Shown here one piece after another: positions 45,034 to 55,294 of a stretch of DNA of 64,000 bases (position 1 is its first letter; each line of letters starts with the position of its first letter). The position numbers and the translations under genes were made by a program. Origin of the DNA: an uncultured Gemmatimonadaceae bacterium (GTDB taxonomy: Bacteria > Gemmatimonadota > Gemmatimonadetes > Gemmatimonadales > Gemmatimonadaceae); assembly GCA_963790305.1 (NCBI GenBank), contig CAWBOC010000013.1:64001-128000 (forward strand). The letters run 5' to 3'. The notes under the pieces are model-generated. The model saw only the letters and a program-made list of their open reading frames with translations, had not been told where the DNA came from and searched no databases.

Positions 45034-45704
45034 GGTGGTGCTGGCCGGGGCGTTGTTCCCCGCGGTGGCCGTCGCGCAGGACACTGTGCGCGTCGCCGTT
45101 CCGCCCGTCGATACGACGGCGACGCAAAGCGGTGTCGAGCGTAGCGTCGGCGTTCTTCGTCCCGGGCGACGGTCTGAAGATCGCCGTCTGGGGCGAGAAG
45201 GACCTGAGCGGCGAGTACCTGATCGATGCCCGCGGGCTCGTGCAGATTCCGGGGCTCGGGGACATTGTCGTTGCCGGGTTGACCCCCATGGAGGTGAAAG
45301 CCCGCCTGAGCGAGCAGCTCGTGCGGCGCGGCATCGTCGCGCCGGAGATTTCGGTCCAGCCGGTGATTCGCGTCTCGGTGCTCGGGAGAGGTCCGGAGCC
45401 CGGGGTTGCTCTCGGTGGAGCCGGGCACCAACCTCATTCACCTGATCACGCTGGCGGGTGGGCCCAACCGAGCGCGCGAACATGAAGGCGGTTCGCGTGA
45501 TTCGCGCCGGGCGGCCGTACGAGGTCGATCTTCAGAGCGCGCTTGAGCGGGAGCTCGGCGGGGCGCGTCGTGCTGTTCTCGAACGACGTCGTTTTCCTCG
45601 ACCGGAAGCGGGGGTTGACCCGCGAGAATCTGTCGTTCGGCATGAACATGTTGACCGCCGTGCTGAGCATCGTCAGCGTGGTGACGGTCGTTCAGAACCG
45701 CTGA
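45002..45704 (+). CDS. wza: Polysaccharide export protein, Wza/Poly_export-SLBB (frameshifted)
   Basis: PGDGLKIAVWGEKDLSGEYLID..G..QIPGLGDIVVAGLT, VSVLGEVRSPG, LAGGPTERAN; start uncertain. Confidence 0.82.
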
Positions 45705-45711
45705 GGTACGC

Positions 45712-48123
45712 GTGGGCGAATCGATGATCGAGCAGCGGCAGGAGGGATCGGGCGCGCCGGCGGATCGCGCGCTCCCGCTGCGCAATCTCATCGCCGCGTT
45801 GCGGCATCGCTGGTGGGCGTTCGCGGTGGTGTTGGCGCTCGTCGTCGGGGTTTCGACCTGGCGGACGTCGCGCACGACGCGGCTGTACGCGACGACGGCG
45901 ACCGTTCGGATTCAGGAATTGCAGACCGGTCCCGTCGGCGTGCAATCGCCGACGGTTCGCGACTATCGCGTCGATCCGATCCAATCGGAGCAGGAGATCA
46001 TCAAGAGCAAGGCGGTCGCCGAGCGCGTCGCCGAGCACCTGGGGCTCCGTCTCTACATTCTGAACCCTCCGAAGCTCCAGCGCGGTGCACTGTTCGGGCA
46101 AACGATGCCCGAGGTCGACTCGACGGTGCAGTACGGCGAGTACGTGGTGCGGCTTCGCGGGGACGGCTATTCGCTGTTCTCGAACGGATCGCATGCTCGC
46201 GTCGGCTCCGTACGGGCAGGAAGTGCGGGGCGGCGGCGTCGCGTTCACGATTCCGGCGCGGCCGCGCATCGAGGAGAACGAGATCCGGCTCGGCGTGATG
46301 CCGCTGAGCAGCGCCGCCGCACAGGTTCGCGGCGGGCTGACGACACGCAGCCGCCCGCAGACGAACATCGTCGAGATCTCGTATACCGGGGCCGATCCGG
46401 TGATGGTGGCGCAGATCGCCAATACGGTCGCGCTCATGTATGCGCGGTACACGACGGAGCAGCGGCGTCGGCTGGCGATCGAGCGTACGCGATCCACGGC
46501 CGATGCGGTCGAGAATCAGCGCGCCGAGCTCGCGCTCGAAGCAGGAGGCGCTGACGCAGTTCAAGGAGCGTGGGCGCCTCTCCAGCATCGAGGCGGAGCA
46601 GGCGGCGTTAGGCACGCAGATTCAGGGCTTCACCAGGCGAGCGCGACGCGCTGCTCATCGAGCAGCGGACGTATGGCACGATTCTCGGCAAGCTCACGCA
46701 GGCCGACACCGCCGATCTGGAGCTGCGCCAGCTCGCGGGGACCGGCGCGATTCGCGACAACGCGCACATGCAGTCGCTGTTCGACCGGTGGTTCGACCTC
46801 CAGAAGCAGCGCGCGCAGCTGATCGCCCCAGGTCGCAACGAGAACTATCCCGGACGTCCAGGCCGTCGATCAGCTCATTCGCGCGACGAAGAACGAGCTT
46901 CAGCAGGCGAGCAATTCCTACCTCGTCGGCTTGCGCTCCCGCATCTCCTCGCTCGACAACCGCATCAACGAGCTGCGTCGCGAGATGGAGAAGTATCCCT
47001 CGCTCGGCGCGCAGGAACAGCGGCTGACGCGCGGAGGTGCAGACCGCGCAGCAGCTGTACGGAACGCTGCTCGGCGAGCTGCAGCGTGCGCGCATCGCGG
47101 AGTCCAGCGAAGGCGGGTACGTGACCGTCATCGACAACGCGATGCAGCCGTTCTCGCCGGTCTCGCCGAATCGGAAGCGCATCTTCCTCACCGCGCTCAT
47201 CTTCGGCTCGATCCTCGGACTCGGTGCGGCAGTGGTGCTCGAGAATCTCGATGATTCGGTGAAGTCGCCGGACGAAGTGCGCGAGCAATTCGGCCTCTCC
47301 GTCGTCGGCACGATTCCGGGCATCAAGGATTCGGACCTTCCTGGGGAGAACGGCGCCGAGGTCGCCCGACGGCTCGCGACGCACTTCGATCCCCGCTCGC
47401 CGGTGGCCGAGGCGTATCGCTCGCTGCGAACGAATCTCGCGTTCGCGCGGGCGCACGAAGCGATGCGCATTCTGGTGCTGACGAGCCCCGGGCCCGCCGA
47501 CGGAAAGTCGACCACCGTCGCGAATCTCGCGATCACGTTCGCGCAGCAGGGGCAGCGCACGCTCCTGATCGACGGCGATCTTCGGCGCGCGGTGCTCGAC
47601 AAGATGTTCAAGGTGCCGCGGTCGCCTGGGCTTACCGACGTGCTCGTTGGACGTCAGCGTCTGCGCGATGTCGTTCACAAGACGGAGATCGAGCACCTGT
47701 CGGTCGTCGGCAGCGGACCATTTCCGCCGAATCCGTCGGAGCTCCTCGGCTCGAGCGCCATGCGGGACGTGCTGCGCGACGCGCAAAGCGAGTTCGATGT
47801 CGTGCTGATCGATTCGCCGCCGCTGCTGGCCGTCACGGATGCGGCGGTGCTGGCGACGATGGCGGACGGGGCGATCCTCGTCATCCGCGTCGGGCGCGAC
47901 GGCGAAGGCGGCCGTTAGGCGCGCGGTCGCTCAGCTGCAGACCGTGCACGGTCGCGTCGTCGGTGCGGTGCTGAACGACGTCGATCTGCGCAGCGGCGCG
48001 TTCAGCGGGAGCTACGGGTACTACTACTATTACTACTACGGCGAGGGGGCGCGGAACGGAAAGCGCGGGCCGCTGCATCGAATTCGAGAGCGACTGAATC
48101 GTGCGCGGGCGCGATCGTCGTGA
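45712..48123 (+). CDS. wzc: Polysaccharide co-polymerase/tyrosine autokinase (frameshifted)
   Basis: N-terminal TM, coiled coils, PVSPNR+TM, EAYRSLRTN, Walker A GPADGKST, LIDGDLR, IDSPP, C-terminal YGYYYYYYY cluster. Confidence 0.92.
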
Positions 48124-49240
48124 CACAGGCCCGTGGGCATCCCGTGCATCCTCTCGTACCAGTGCTTCAACTGGCGATGGGCGACGGTGCAGGCGCGCTG
48201 CCGGCGGCGGATGACTGGTGGGACGTCTATCGGCTGAGCATCCGCGAGAGGTGCGCAGGCCTCATCTGGCTGCGATCTGGCGACGTTGTTCGGAGCCAAG
48301 CGCCTACCGAGCTGGTGCAAGCATGGCGATCTGAAATTGTCCGGCAGTATGATCGCGGTGAAGCACTGGTTTCCCGAGTCGGTCAAAGCGTGTCACGTCT
48401 GTGCGAGCATGGCATTTCCTGTGTCGTGCTCAAAGGCGCGCCGCTCGCCGCGCAGCTCTACGGCGATCCGCTTGTTCGCCCGATGGACAATGTCGATCTG
48501 TTCGTGCCCGCGGCCGACTGGGAGCGTTCCGCCGCGGTGCTCGAGGAAGATGGTTGGGCAAAGGAAATAGGCCGGGCGGGCTGGTCGGAGATCTATCGAC
48601 TCACGGATGCACGCGGAACACTCTGGCTCGATCTACAATCGAGCCTTCTCGTCGATCATCTCAACCATCTGCCTGAAATATCGGGGACTGTCGGACCTTG
48701 GCATTGGCGGGAGATGGTTTCACACCTACGTCGGACCTGAGGTCGCCGTTTTCCTCGCTGTTCATTTGCTCAACCATCGCTGCCGCCCGTGCTTTGGTTG
48801 ATTGACTTTCACACCTGTTGGTCCACGATGTCGGAAGGCGACCGGCGCGAAGCAATGCGCATTGCACGTGGAAGCCGACTCCATCGGTATCTCCGGTGGG
48901 CGGTTGAGCGCTCGTCCCTCCTTCGTGAAGCCTCCAGTGGTGGGACAGGAGCCCTGCGCAGGCTCGGCTTTCACCCGTCATTCCGCCGCGACGACTACGG
49001 GATGCTTCGCTTGACCGCATTGGCCGCGTCAGTTCCGGACGTGGTTGCGGTGCTCGGAGCGTGGGCCTGGCCACGACCACTCCGCTATGACTGGGCCGCG
49101 TTCCGCCAAATGTGGCAGCGACGGGCAGCAAAGACATTTCCCGAGTCTTCGCCGCACGTCGCCTGTACTTGGACCCGCGCGATCGATCAGATCTTGGTGC
49201 GCGCACCGCTCAGGACGGGGTCAATCGCCTTCAGAACTAA
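48120..49240 (+). CDS. Nucleotidyltransferase family protein (NTP_transf_5-like, RiPP-associated type); frameshifted, 3' end approximate
   Basis: VVLKGAPLAAQLYGDPLVRPMDNVDLFV motif; later FLAVHLLNH and WLIDF segments in shifted frames; GTGA overlap with wzc. Confidence 0.75.
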
Positions 49241-49244
49241 TTTC

Positions 49245-49768
49245 GTGAAGCGACTGGGATCCACTCCCCCCTACCTCGACGACCGCGGCCAAATCAATGC
49301 TCACGTCCTGCCGAACGAGCGGCCCGGACTGGCAATAGCCGCGGAGCTGGTCGCTCGGGGCAGCGCATGGGTCCGTGGATGTGGGAATAGCATGGCACCG
49401 ACGATTCGTGACGGCGACCGCGTACTGCTTCGGGCCGTTCCCGTCGACCGTCTTCGCCGAGGTGATGTCGTCGTGATCGCGGTACGAGAAGCGGCGGTGC
49501 TGCACCGTACCACCGAATCCATGCGGGGGGTCTCGTGGAAACGGTCGGCGATGGAAAACTCAGTGGCGACGGCGTATTCGCGCCTGATCATGTATTGGGC
49601 GTCGCGGTGCTCGCCGAGCGCAGCTCTTCGCGTGTCACATTGCGCTCAACGTTGGAGTTCGGCGTTGCCGCATATCTGCGGGGTATCGCGCTGCTGGCCC
49701 GGCTTCGGGTTGCTCAATGGTGGCGACGGTCGAAGGCATACCGGGGTATGGGAGGGTCGCGGGTGTGA
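49245..49768 (+). CDS. S24/S26-family peptidase (signal-peptidase-like); frameshifted, start approximate
   Basis: GNSMAPTIRDGD (catalytic Ser), GDVVV, VLHR, then ETVGDG...DHVLG in the next frame. Confidence 0.7.
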
Positions 49769-50710
49769 GTGCCAATGCGGACGAAATCGTCACGACCGAT
49801 CGGGACGCGCCTCGGGAGACGCTAACGTGGAGTAAGCCAACCGCTGCGCTGTCAGTCGCGCTCGGTGGCCTTGTATTCCGTTTTGTGTCCGTGCATCCCC
49901 ACATCCAACTGAGGCTGAGTAACCGATTCGAGCTATTTCGAGTGTCTGAAGACGTCAGCCCCGACTGCATCGTGCGCTGGTCCGAAGGACGCGTCTCCCC
50001 GCTGACCACTGGGGTTGTGTTGCAGGAGACGGACATCTGGGAGACTCGGCTCATGCCAGACGGCAGCGAGCGGACTACGTTCTTCGCCGGTGCAACGCGG
50101 CGGCCGTACCTGGGCCTGACCTTCCGTTCCGAGTTTCGAACCGCCGAGGTCATCCAGGCGCGGGAAATGGGCGGCAACGCTGCCCCGGAGATGCACCCGT
50201 TGTCCGAGTTCCTGACCACGCGTGTGTTGGCGACGCGCGCCGTGTAGAAGTGCACGGCAGCGCGGCGGTCGTAGGGGGAAAGGCCCTGCTATTCGGGGCC
50301 ATTCCGGAGCAGGAAAAACCACCATTTCACGCATCGCCGAGCGGTCTGGGGCCGTCGTCTTGAGTGACGACCGTGTGATTCTGGGAATGAACCATGGCCG
50401 CGCCACGGCCTGGGGAACGCCATGGCACGGATCGGGCTTCTTCACGGCCGCAAGTTCGAGCGATCTCGCCAGCGTGTTCTGCTGCGCCAGAGCGCAGTCG
50501 ATCGCGTTACGCCCATGCGTTATGCCAATGCAGTCAAAGAGCTATTTGTGAGACTGGTGCAAGTCCGTGTCAGTGCGAGCGAGGTCATTGAGTCGCACAG
50601 TGCTATAGGAAATTCTCGAGTCGGTCCCGGCGTAAGACCTTTCTCTTTTTCGTCCGACCGTCTCGGCGTTTTACCTCCCAATGCGAGCCGCCAATGTCCA
50701 AGCCTCGTGA
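49765..50710 (+). CDS. HPr-kinase-related P-loop protein (frameshifted)
   Basis: VHGSA, GHSGAGKTT Walker A, VLSDDRVIL, AWGTPWHG; GTGA overlap with the peptidase stop. Confidence 0.75.
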
Positions 50711-50747
50711 TAAAAGAGCATCTAGTCCCAGAAAAACACCAGTCGGC

Positions 50748-51028
50748 GTGAGTTCGAGTGCGCCTATGTACACAGAGCGCTCAGGCGACGTGATCGGTTT
50801 GTCTACCGCCATATCGCTGGCGAGCACTTGTTGATCAACCTTCACAGCAAAGCACGCGTCCCCTACTTCCTGTTGACGCCGACGGCCGCCGCGATCTGGG
50901 ATCGCCTCGCGGACTGGGCGACACTGGATGAGCTGGCGAAGAATCTCACGACACGATTGAGGTCGGCCAGGTGGAGGCGATGGCCGACGTGGCGAGTTCT
51001 TGACCCAGTTGGAAAGCTGGGGGGCTGA
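50748..51028 (+). CDS. PqqD-family RiPP recognition element (frameshifted)
   Basis: FVYRHIAGEHLLINL...YFLLTPTAAAIWDRL...TLDELAKNL, then EVGQVEAMADVAS in a shifted frame; ends approximate. Confidence 0.8.
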
Positions 51029-52213
51029 TGCGCGAGGCTGGTACGACATGCGTGCGCGATTCCCGAGGTCGCGATTCCCGAAGTCGGGGCACAAGTCCTG
51101 TTCGACCGCATCAACTCCCGTGCTCGCGCGGAGCGCATCCCGCTGAGGCGGACATCGAGATCATCGCGACCTGCAACTACAAGTGCGTGCATTGCTACAT
51201 CGCGCCCTGCGCCGAACGGAGCGATGTCATGTCGCTGGAGCAAGCACGCGTCATCTTCGGAAAACTCCGCGATGCCGGGACGCTCAGCATCTTGCTCACG
51301 GGCGGAGAAATCTTCACGCACAAGCAGTTCAAGGCGATCATCTCGAGGCCAAGCAGCATGGCTTCATCGTCGCGTTGAACACGAATGGGTATTTCATCGG
51401 AACGAAGTGGGCGGACTTCCTGTCGGAGTATCCGCCGAAGGTGGTATCGATCAGTATCTACGGCGCGACGAAGGAAAGTTACGAGGCGGTGACGGGCATC
51501 CCGAACTCGTACGATCGGTGTATGCGGGCGATCGACTTGTTGCACGAGCGGGGGATCAAGCTCGATCTGAAAGTCCCTGCAATGGGGCCCACCGTTGCGG
51601 ACATCCCTCGCCTCCGTGAGTTCGCGGCGAGTTACGGGATCAAGTTCCGCTTCAATGCCATGATTGTGCCGGAGGAGAGCGGCAACGCGCGTCCGCTCAA
51701 CTTGCAGCTCACTCCTGATCAGATCATGGCGGTCGAGCGGCAGGTCGATCCGGATTGGACCATCCTGCGACGGTACTCGGAGCCTCGCCTCGGAGAGCGA
51801 TCGAACGCGCCCATCTATCAGTGTGGTGCCGGTCGCACTGGCCTCGCCATTAACGTGCATGGTGGTGTCACGACCTGCATCACGTCCCGACAGGTCATCG
51901 GCAACCTGCTCGAGCAATCGTCGACGACATCTGGGGAGCACTATACGGGAAGGTCGAACGACGCTTTCCCGATGGCCACCCGTGCGCGACGTGCAAGTTC
52001 CGGGGAATGTGTTCCGGCTGCCCGGCGCTGGTGGAGCAGTTGACCGGCCTACCCGAAGGCTACGTGCAGCACTTTTGCAAGCTCACGCATCTTCACGCCA
52101 AGGAGCTTGGCTACCACGCCACTGGTGTTCCGCGAACAGTCACGGAAGGCATTCCAGCCCACGTGGCGACGCCGCGCGATCGGTACGCTCGCGCGCTTCC
52201 TGTGATGAACTGA
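51028..52213 (+). CDS. Radical SAM/SPASM-domain peptide maturase (frameshifted)
   Basis: CNYKCVHC, LTGGE, NTNG, SISIYG; SPASM CGAG...GGVTTC...IGNL...CATCKFRGMCSGCP...FC. Confidence 0.88.
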
Positions 52214-52241
52214 CGTCCCCTTTTTCAGCTTGAGGCGCCCT

Positions 52242-52424
52242 ATGTCATCCGAACGACAGCCCTACGTCAAGCCAAGCATGATTCGACTCCACTACGAAGC
52301 TGACTTGGCTGTCAGCTTGCAGGGAGCATGCAAGTCGAACACGACGACCGGATCCGGATCCGCGACTTCCACCTGCGCGCTGGCGGAAGGTGGAAGTGCG
52401 TGCAATACGATTACTGATAGCTAG
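52242..52424 (+). CDS. Putative RiPP precursor peptide (60 aa, three Cys, C-terminal Ser)
   Basis: GAGG RBS; MSSERQPYVKPSMIRL leader with YxxP motif; core CKSNTTTGSGSATSTCALAEGGSACNTITDS; 28 nt after the rSAM stop. Confidence 0.78.
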   Translation: MSSERQPYVKPSMIRLHYEADLAVSLQGACKSNTTTGSGSATSTCALAEGGSACNTITDS

Positions 52425-52488
52425 ACCATGCCTCTGTTCCGTCACGCAATGTCACGAACCGCTCCCCTCGCAGTTTCACAGGCGTAGC

Positions 52489-53997
52489 ATGCAACGTCGT
52501 GCTCTGCTTCCCGTTGAGGTGCGTGTGTGTAGACCTCTCTTATTCCTGGCGACCCTCGCTCTGCTCTCGGCCTGTGATGACGATCCGCAAGCTCCGGTCG
52601 CCGACGAGCCTCAAGGTACGCTGGTCACCCCGGCGGTCATTTCCCGTGAAGGCTCGATCGCCGTCCTCTTCGATACGCCCTTGGATACGCGGGGTGCGCA
52701 AGACCCAGCGAATTTCGTGGTGATCAATCAGTGCACGGGGTTGCGCGTGGCTGGCTCGTTGCGACTGGGACGTGGGGCTGCCGGCGACACGCTCATCTTC
52801 ACGCCGTCGAACCGTCTGCCGTTCCTCACGCAGTTGTCCATTCGCATTCAGAGTTTGTTGTCCGCGTCCGGCACTCCAATGGGGCTGCCCTTCGTTACGA
52901 CGGTGACGACGGAAGCGCCGCCCGTCTCGGATATCAGCTGGGAATCGATTCAGTCACCGACGAGTGACTTCGTGTTGGGGGCGACCTTCGCGACTCGGAC
53001 TCGGGTTTTTCTGACCGCGTCATCGGGCGCGGTGTATCGCAGTGAAAATGGCGGGGTCACGTACGCCGCCATTTTCAAGGACCCCAACATCATCACGACG
53101 CGCTCCGTTCGCACGTCGGGCCCCGACACGGTTTTCATGGCGGGGGCTTTGAACGAAGCAGGGAGCTTCTCGACTGCGGCGATTTTTCGCAGCACGAACG
53201 GTGGGCTGACGTTCACGCCCATTTTCACGCAGCGCCCGGCGGACATGCGTAGCCTTGTCGTGGTCCCGCGGGGAACGGTCAAGCCCTCGTTATATGCCGT
53301 TGGGAATGTCAGTGGAGCCTTTACCGCCTGGCGCTACGATACGCAGACCGACTCGGTATTCACGCTCCCGGCCGTCGGTGGTCAAATCGCGAACGGCGGA
53401 GAGCTCTCGCCCGATGCCTCCCACGCGGTTGCCGTTGGCTTCATAAACGCCGTCGGGCAGGCCGGTGCGGCGCATCGGTCAACCGATGGGGGTCGGACCT
53501 ATCAGGCGGTGACGCTCCCAGCAAACACCGGGCAGTTGCGCTCCGGGGCGTTCGTCTCCGCCAATCTCGCCGTGCTCGTGGGCGATTCGGCCGTGGTCGT
53601 CTCGCTGAATGCGGCGACGGGTGCGACGGCACGCATTACAAACGGCGTTCCGCAGAACTCGACGGTTGGACAGACCACACTTCGCTACAGTTATCGGAAA
53701 ATCGACTTCGCTCCAGGAACGCAACTGGGATGGATCGTTGGCATCGAGACGCAAGTTACGCCGAATCAGCCTGACGACGTTCGCGGAATCATCCTCATGA
53801 CGCGCAATGGTGGAGCCACGTGGCAGCGCCAGGCAGTGGTGGGCGCTCCAGAGAGTGGCCTGGCCTTCCCGACGTTGGTCGACATCCACGGCCTCGCGCC
53901 GGATCGCGCTATCCTCGGGGGGCTGCAGGGCTTCGTTGCCACGCGCACGGCAGATATCCAAACCGGCGCTCAAGTCTGTTCAATCCCGGAAGAGTGA
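52489..53997 (+). CDS. Lipoprotein with N-terminal Ig-like domain and BNR/Asp-box (Ycf48-like) beta-propeller
   Basis: LLSAC lipobox; DTLIFTP Ig-like segment; repeated RSENGG/RSTNGG/RSTDGG/TRNGG Asp-boxes; start uncertain. Confidence 0.78.
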   Translation: MQRRALLPVEVRVCRPLLFLATLALLSACDDDPQAPVADEPQGTLVTPAVISREGSIAVLFDTPLDTRGAQDPANFVVINQCTGLRVAGSLRLGRGAAGDTLIFTPSNRLPFLTQLSIRIQSLLSASGTPMGLPFVTTVTTEAPPVSDISWESIQSPTSDFVLGATFATRTRVFLTASSGAVYRSENGGVTYAAIFKDPNIITTRSVRTSGPDTVFMAGALNEAGSFSTAAIFRSTNGGLTFTPIFTQRPADMRSLVVVPRGTVKPSLYAVGNVSGAFTAWRYDTQTDSVFTLPAVGGQIANGGELSPDASHAVAVGFINAVGQAGAAHRSTDGGRTYQAVTLPANTGQLRSGAFVSANLAVLVGDSAVVVSLNAATGATARITNGVPQNSTVGQTTLRYSYRKIDFAPGTQLGWIVGIETQVTPNQPDDVRGIILMTRNGGATWQRQAVVGAPESGLAFPTLVDIHGLAPDRAILGGLQGFVATRTADIQTGAQVCSIPEE

Positions 53998-54004
53998 GTT
54001 GTCC

Positions 54005-55284
54005 ATGAACGACGCGCATGGTCGACGGATTCGTCGAGCGTTTTCGCCAATGCTTTCGTTTCGCAGCGCCCTCATTGCGATCGCTGTCCTGCTCTCGAGC
54101 GCTGGGGCGCTCAAGGCGCAGGTCGTGGTCGGAGGCGACTTCGATATTTGTGACTTCTGCGGCAATGTCGACGCCAACACGATTCGGCTAGTCGGACGGT
54201 CCGGGTTCGGACCAGATCGCGCGACGATGCACCTCGTGAACGCCGCTATCGCCGAGCAGGACGTTGATAACGACGGGTACACCGCAGGCATCGACTTTGA
54301 CCGGTTGTTCATCGTCGACACCATCGATTTCGTCAATCAGGAAGATCCCGCATTTGTCATTTCCTCCACCAACTTCCGGCTCGGCGATTTTCTCAATCCG
54401 TTGAGAAACGGTGGGACCAACCGGGTTGTGATCCGTGTGGACATCCCCGAAGGGACAAAGGCAGGGACCTATCGCGGGGGCCTGACGATTCGGGACTCCG
54501 TCCGTGTCCCGGGGCTCAATTCGAACGGTGAGATCCTTCGCGAGGACTTTGTCATCATCGAGATCGAGGTGCTTCCGGCTCGAGCCATCGACTTTGTCGC
54601 CGCAGACAGCGCTGTAGCGCTCGATTCTCTGGTCATCGCCGGACGGCCGGGGACTACGGCGAGCGGGGTCGTGCGCATCGCGAATCTCGGCAATACCGAG
54701 ATCACGGGGCTTCACCTGGAGTCAACGGACTTGGTGGCCACATCCGGGACGGGACTTCGAATTCGGCGCGATCGAATCACGTTCTCGCCCAACGACTGAA
54801 TTCGGTGGGATTCGGCGATACGGTTCGTATCAAGGTCAAGTCCGCATACCCCAGGGACTGCTCGCCGGCACGTATCGAGGTGAGCTGATCGCCCAAGGTG
54901 ATAACGTCGAGGCGATACGCGTTCCATTCTCCGTGATCGTCACGACGCCAGGCGACATCGTTTTCGAGACGAATCCCGTCGTCGGACGCGCAGGCGATCT
55001 GGCGGTGATCATCTTCAACGCCGATCCGGGCAGCAACTGGGAGCTGGCGGTCTTCGACATGATGGCGACCACGACGTTCCGAACCTCAGGGACCGTGTTC
55101 GAAGGAACCCCGGGCACGCGGACTGATCCCCGGATTCGAGGGCGATCAGGCCGTTCGCTACACGTGGCCGCTCGTGAACGGACGCGGGGAGAACGTCGCG
55201 GGCGGCATGTATTACGTCGTCATCAACGCGGTGCAGGACGGCGAAGAACGCCAACTGCGCGGCAAACTCATGGTCATTCGCTGA
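54005..55284 (+). CDS. Secreted Ig-repeat protein with FlgD/T9SS-CTD-like C-terminus (frameshifted)
   Basis: Signal peptide ...ALKAQ; two repeats (VDIPEGTKAGTYRG / VRIPQGLLAGTYRG); tail NP...WPLVNGRGENVAGGMYYVVI...KLMVIR-stop. Confidence 0.7.
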
Positions 55285-55294
55285 GGCCGGCATC

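Noticed and set aside
48012..48039. (TAC)n microsatellite as a phase-variation tract
   Set aside because: It encodes the normal C-terminal tyrosine cluster of Wzc.
51056..51085. 15-bp tandem duplication gcgattcccgaggtc/gcgattcccgaagtc at the rSAM 5' end
   Set aside because: Only two copies encoding AIPEV twice in a variable N-terminus; no evidence of function.
48120..52424. Lasso peptide or PQQ biosynthesis cluster
   Set aside because: No asparagine-synthetase-like cyclase or B2 protease, no pqqB/pqqC, and the peptide lacks the PqqA ExxxY core; the Cys-rich core plus SPASM enzyme points elsewhere.
52242..52424. Small peptide as a lipoprotein (LQGAC resembles a lipobox)
   Set aside because: There is no hydrophobic h-region before the Cys; the segment contains H, Y, E and D.
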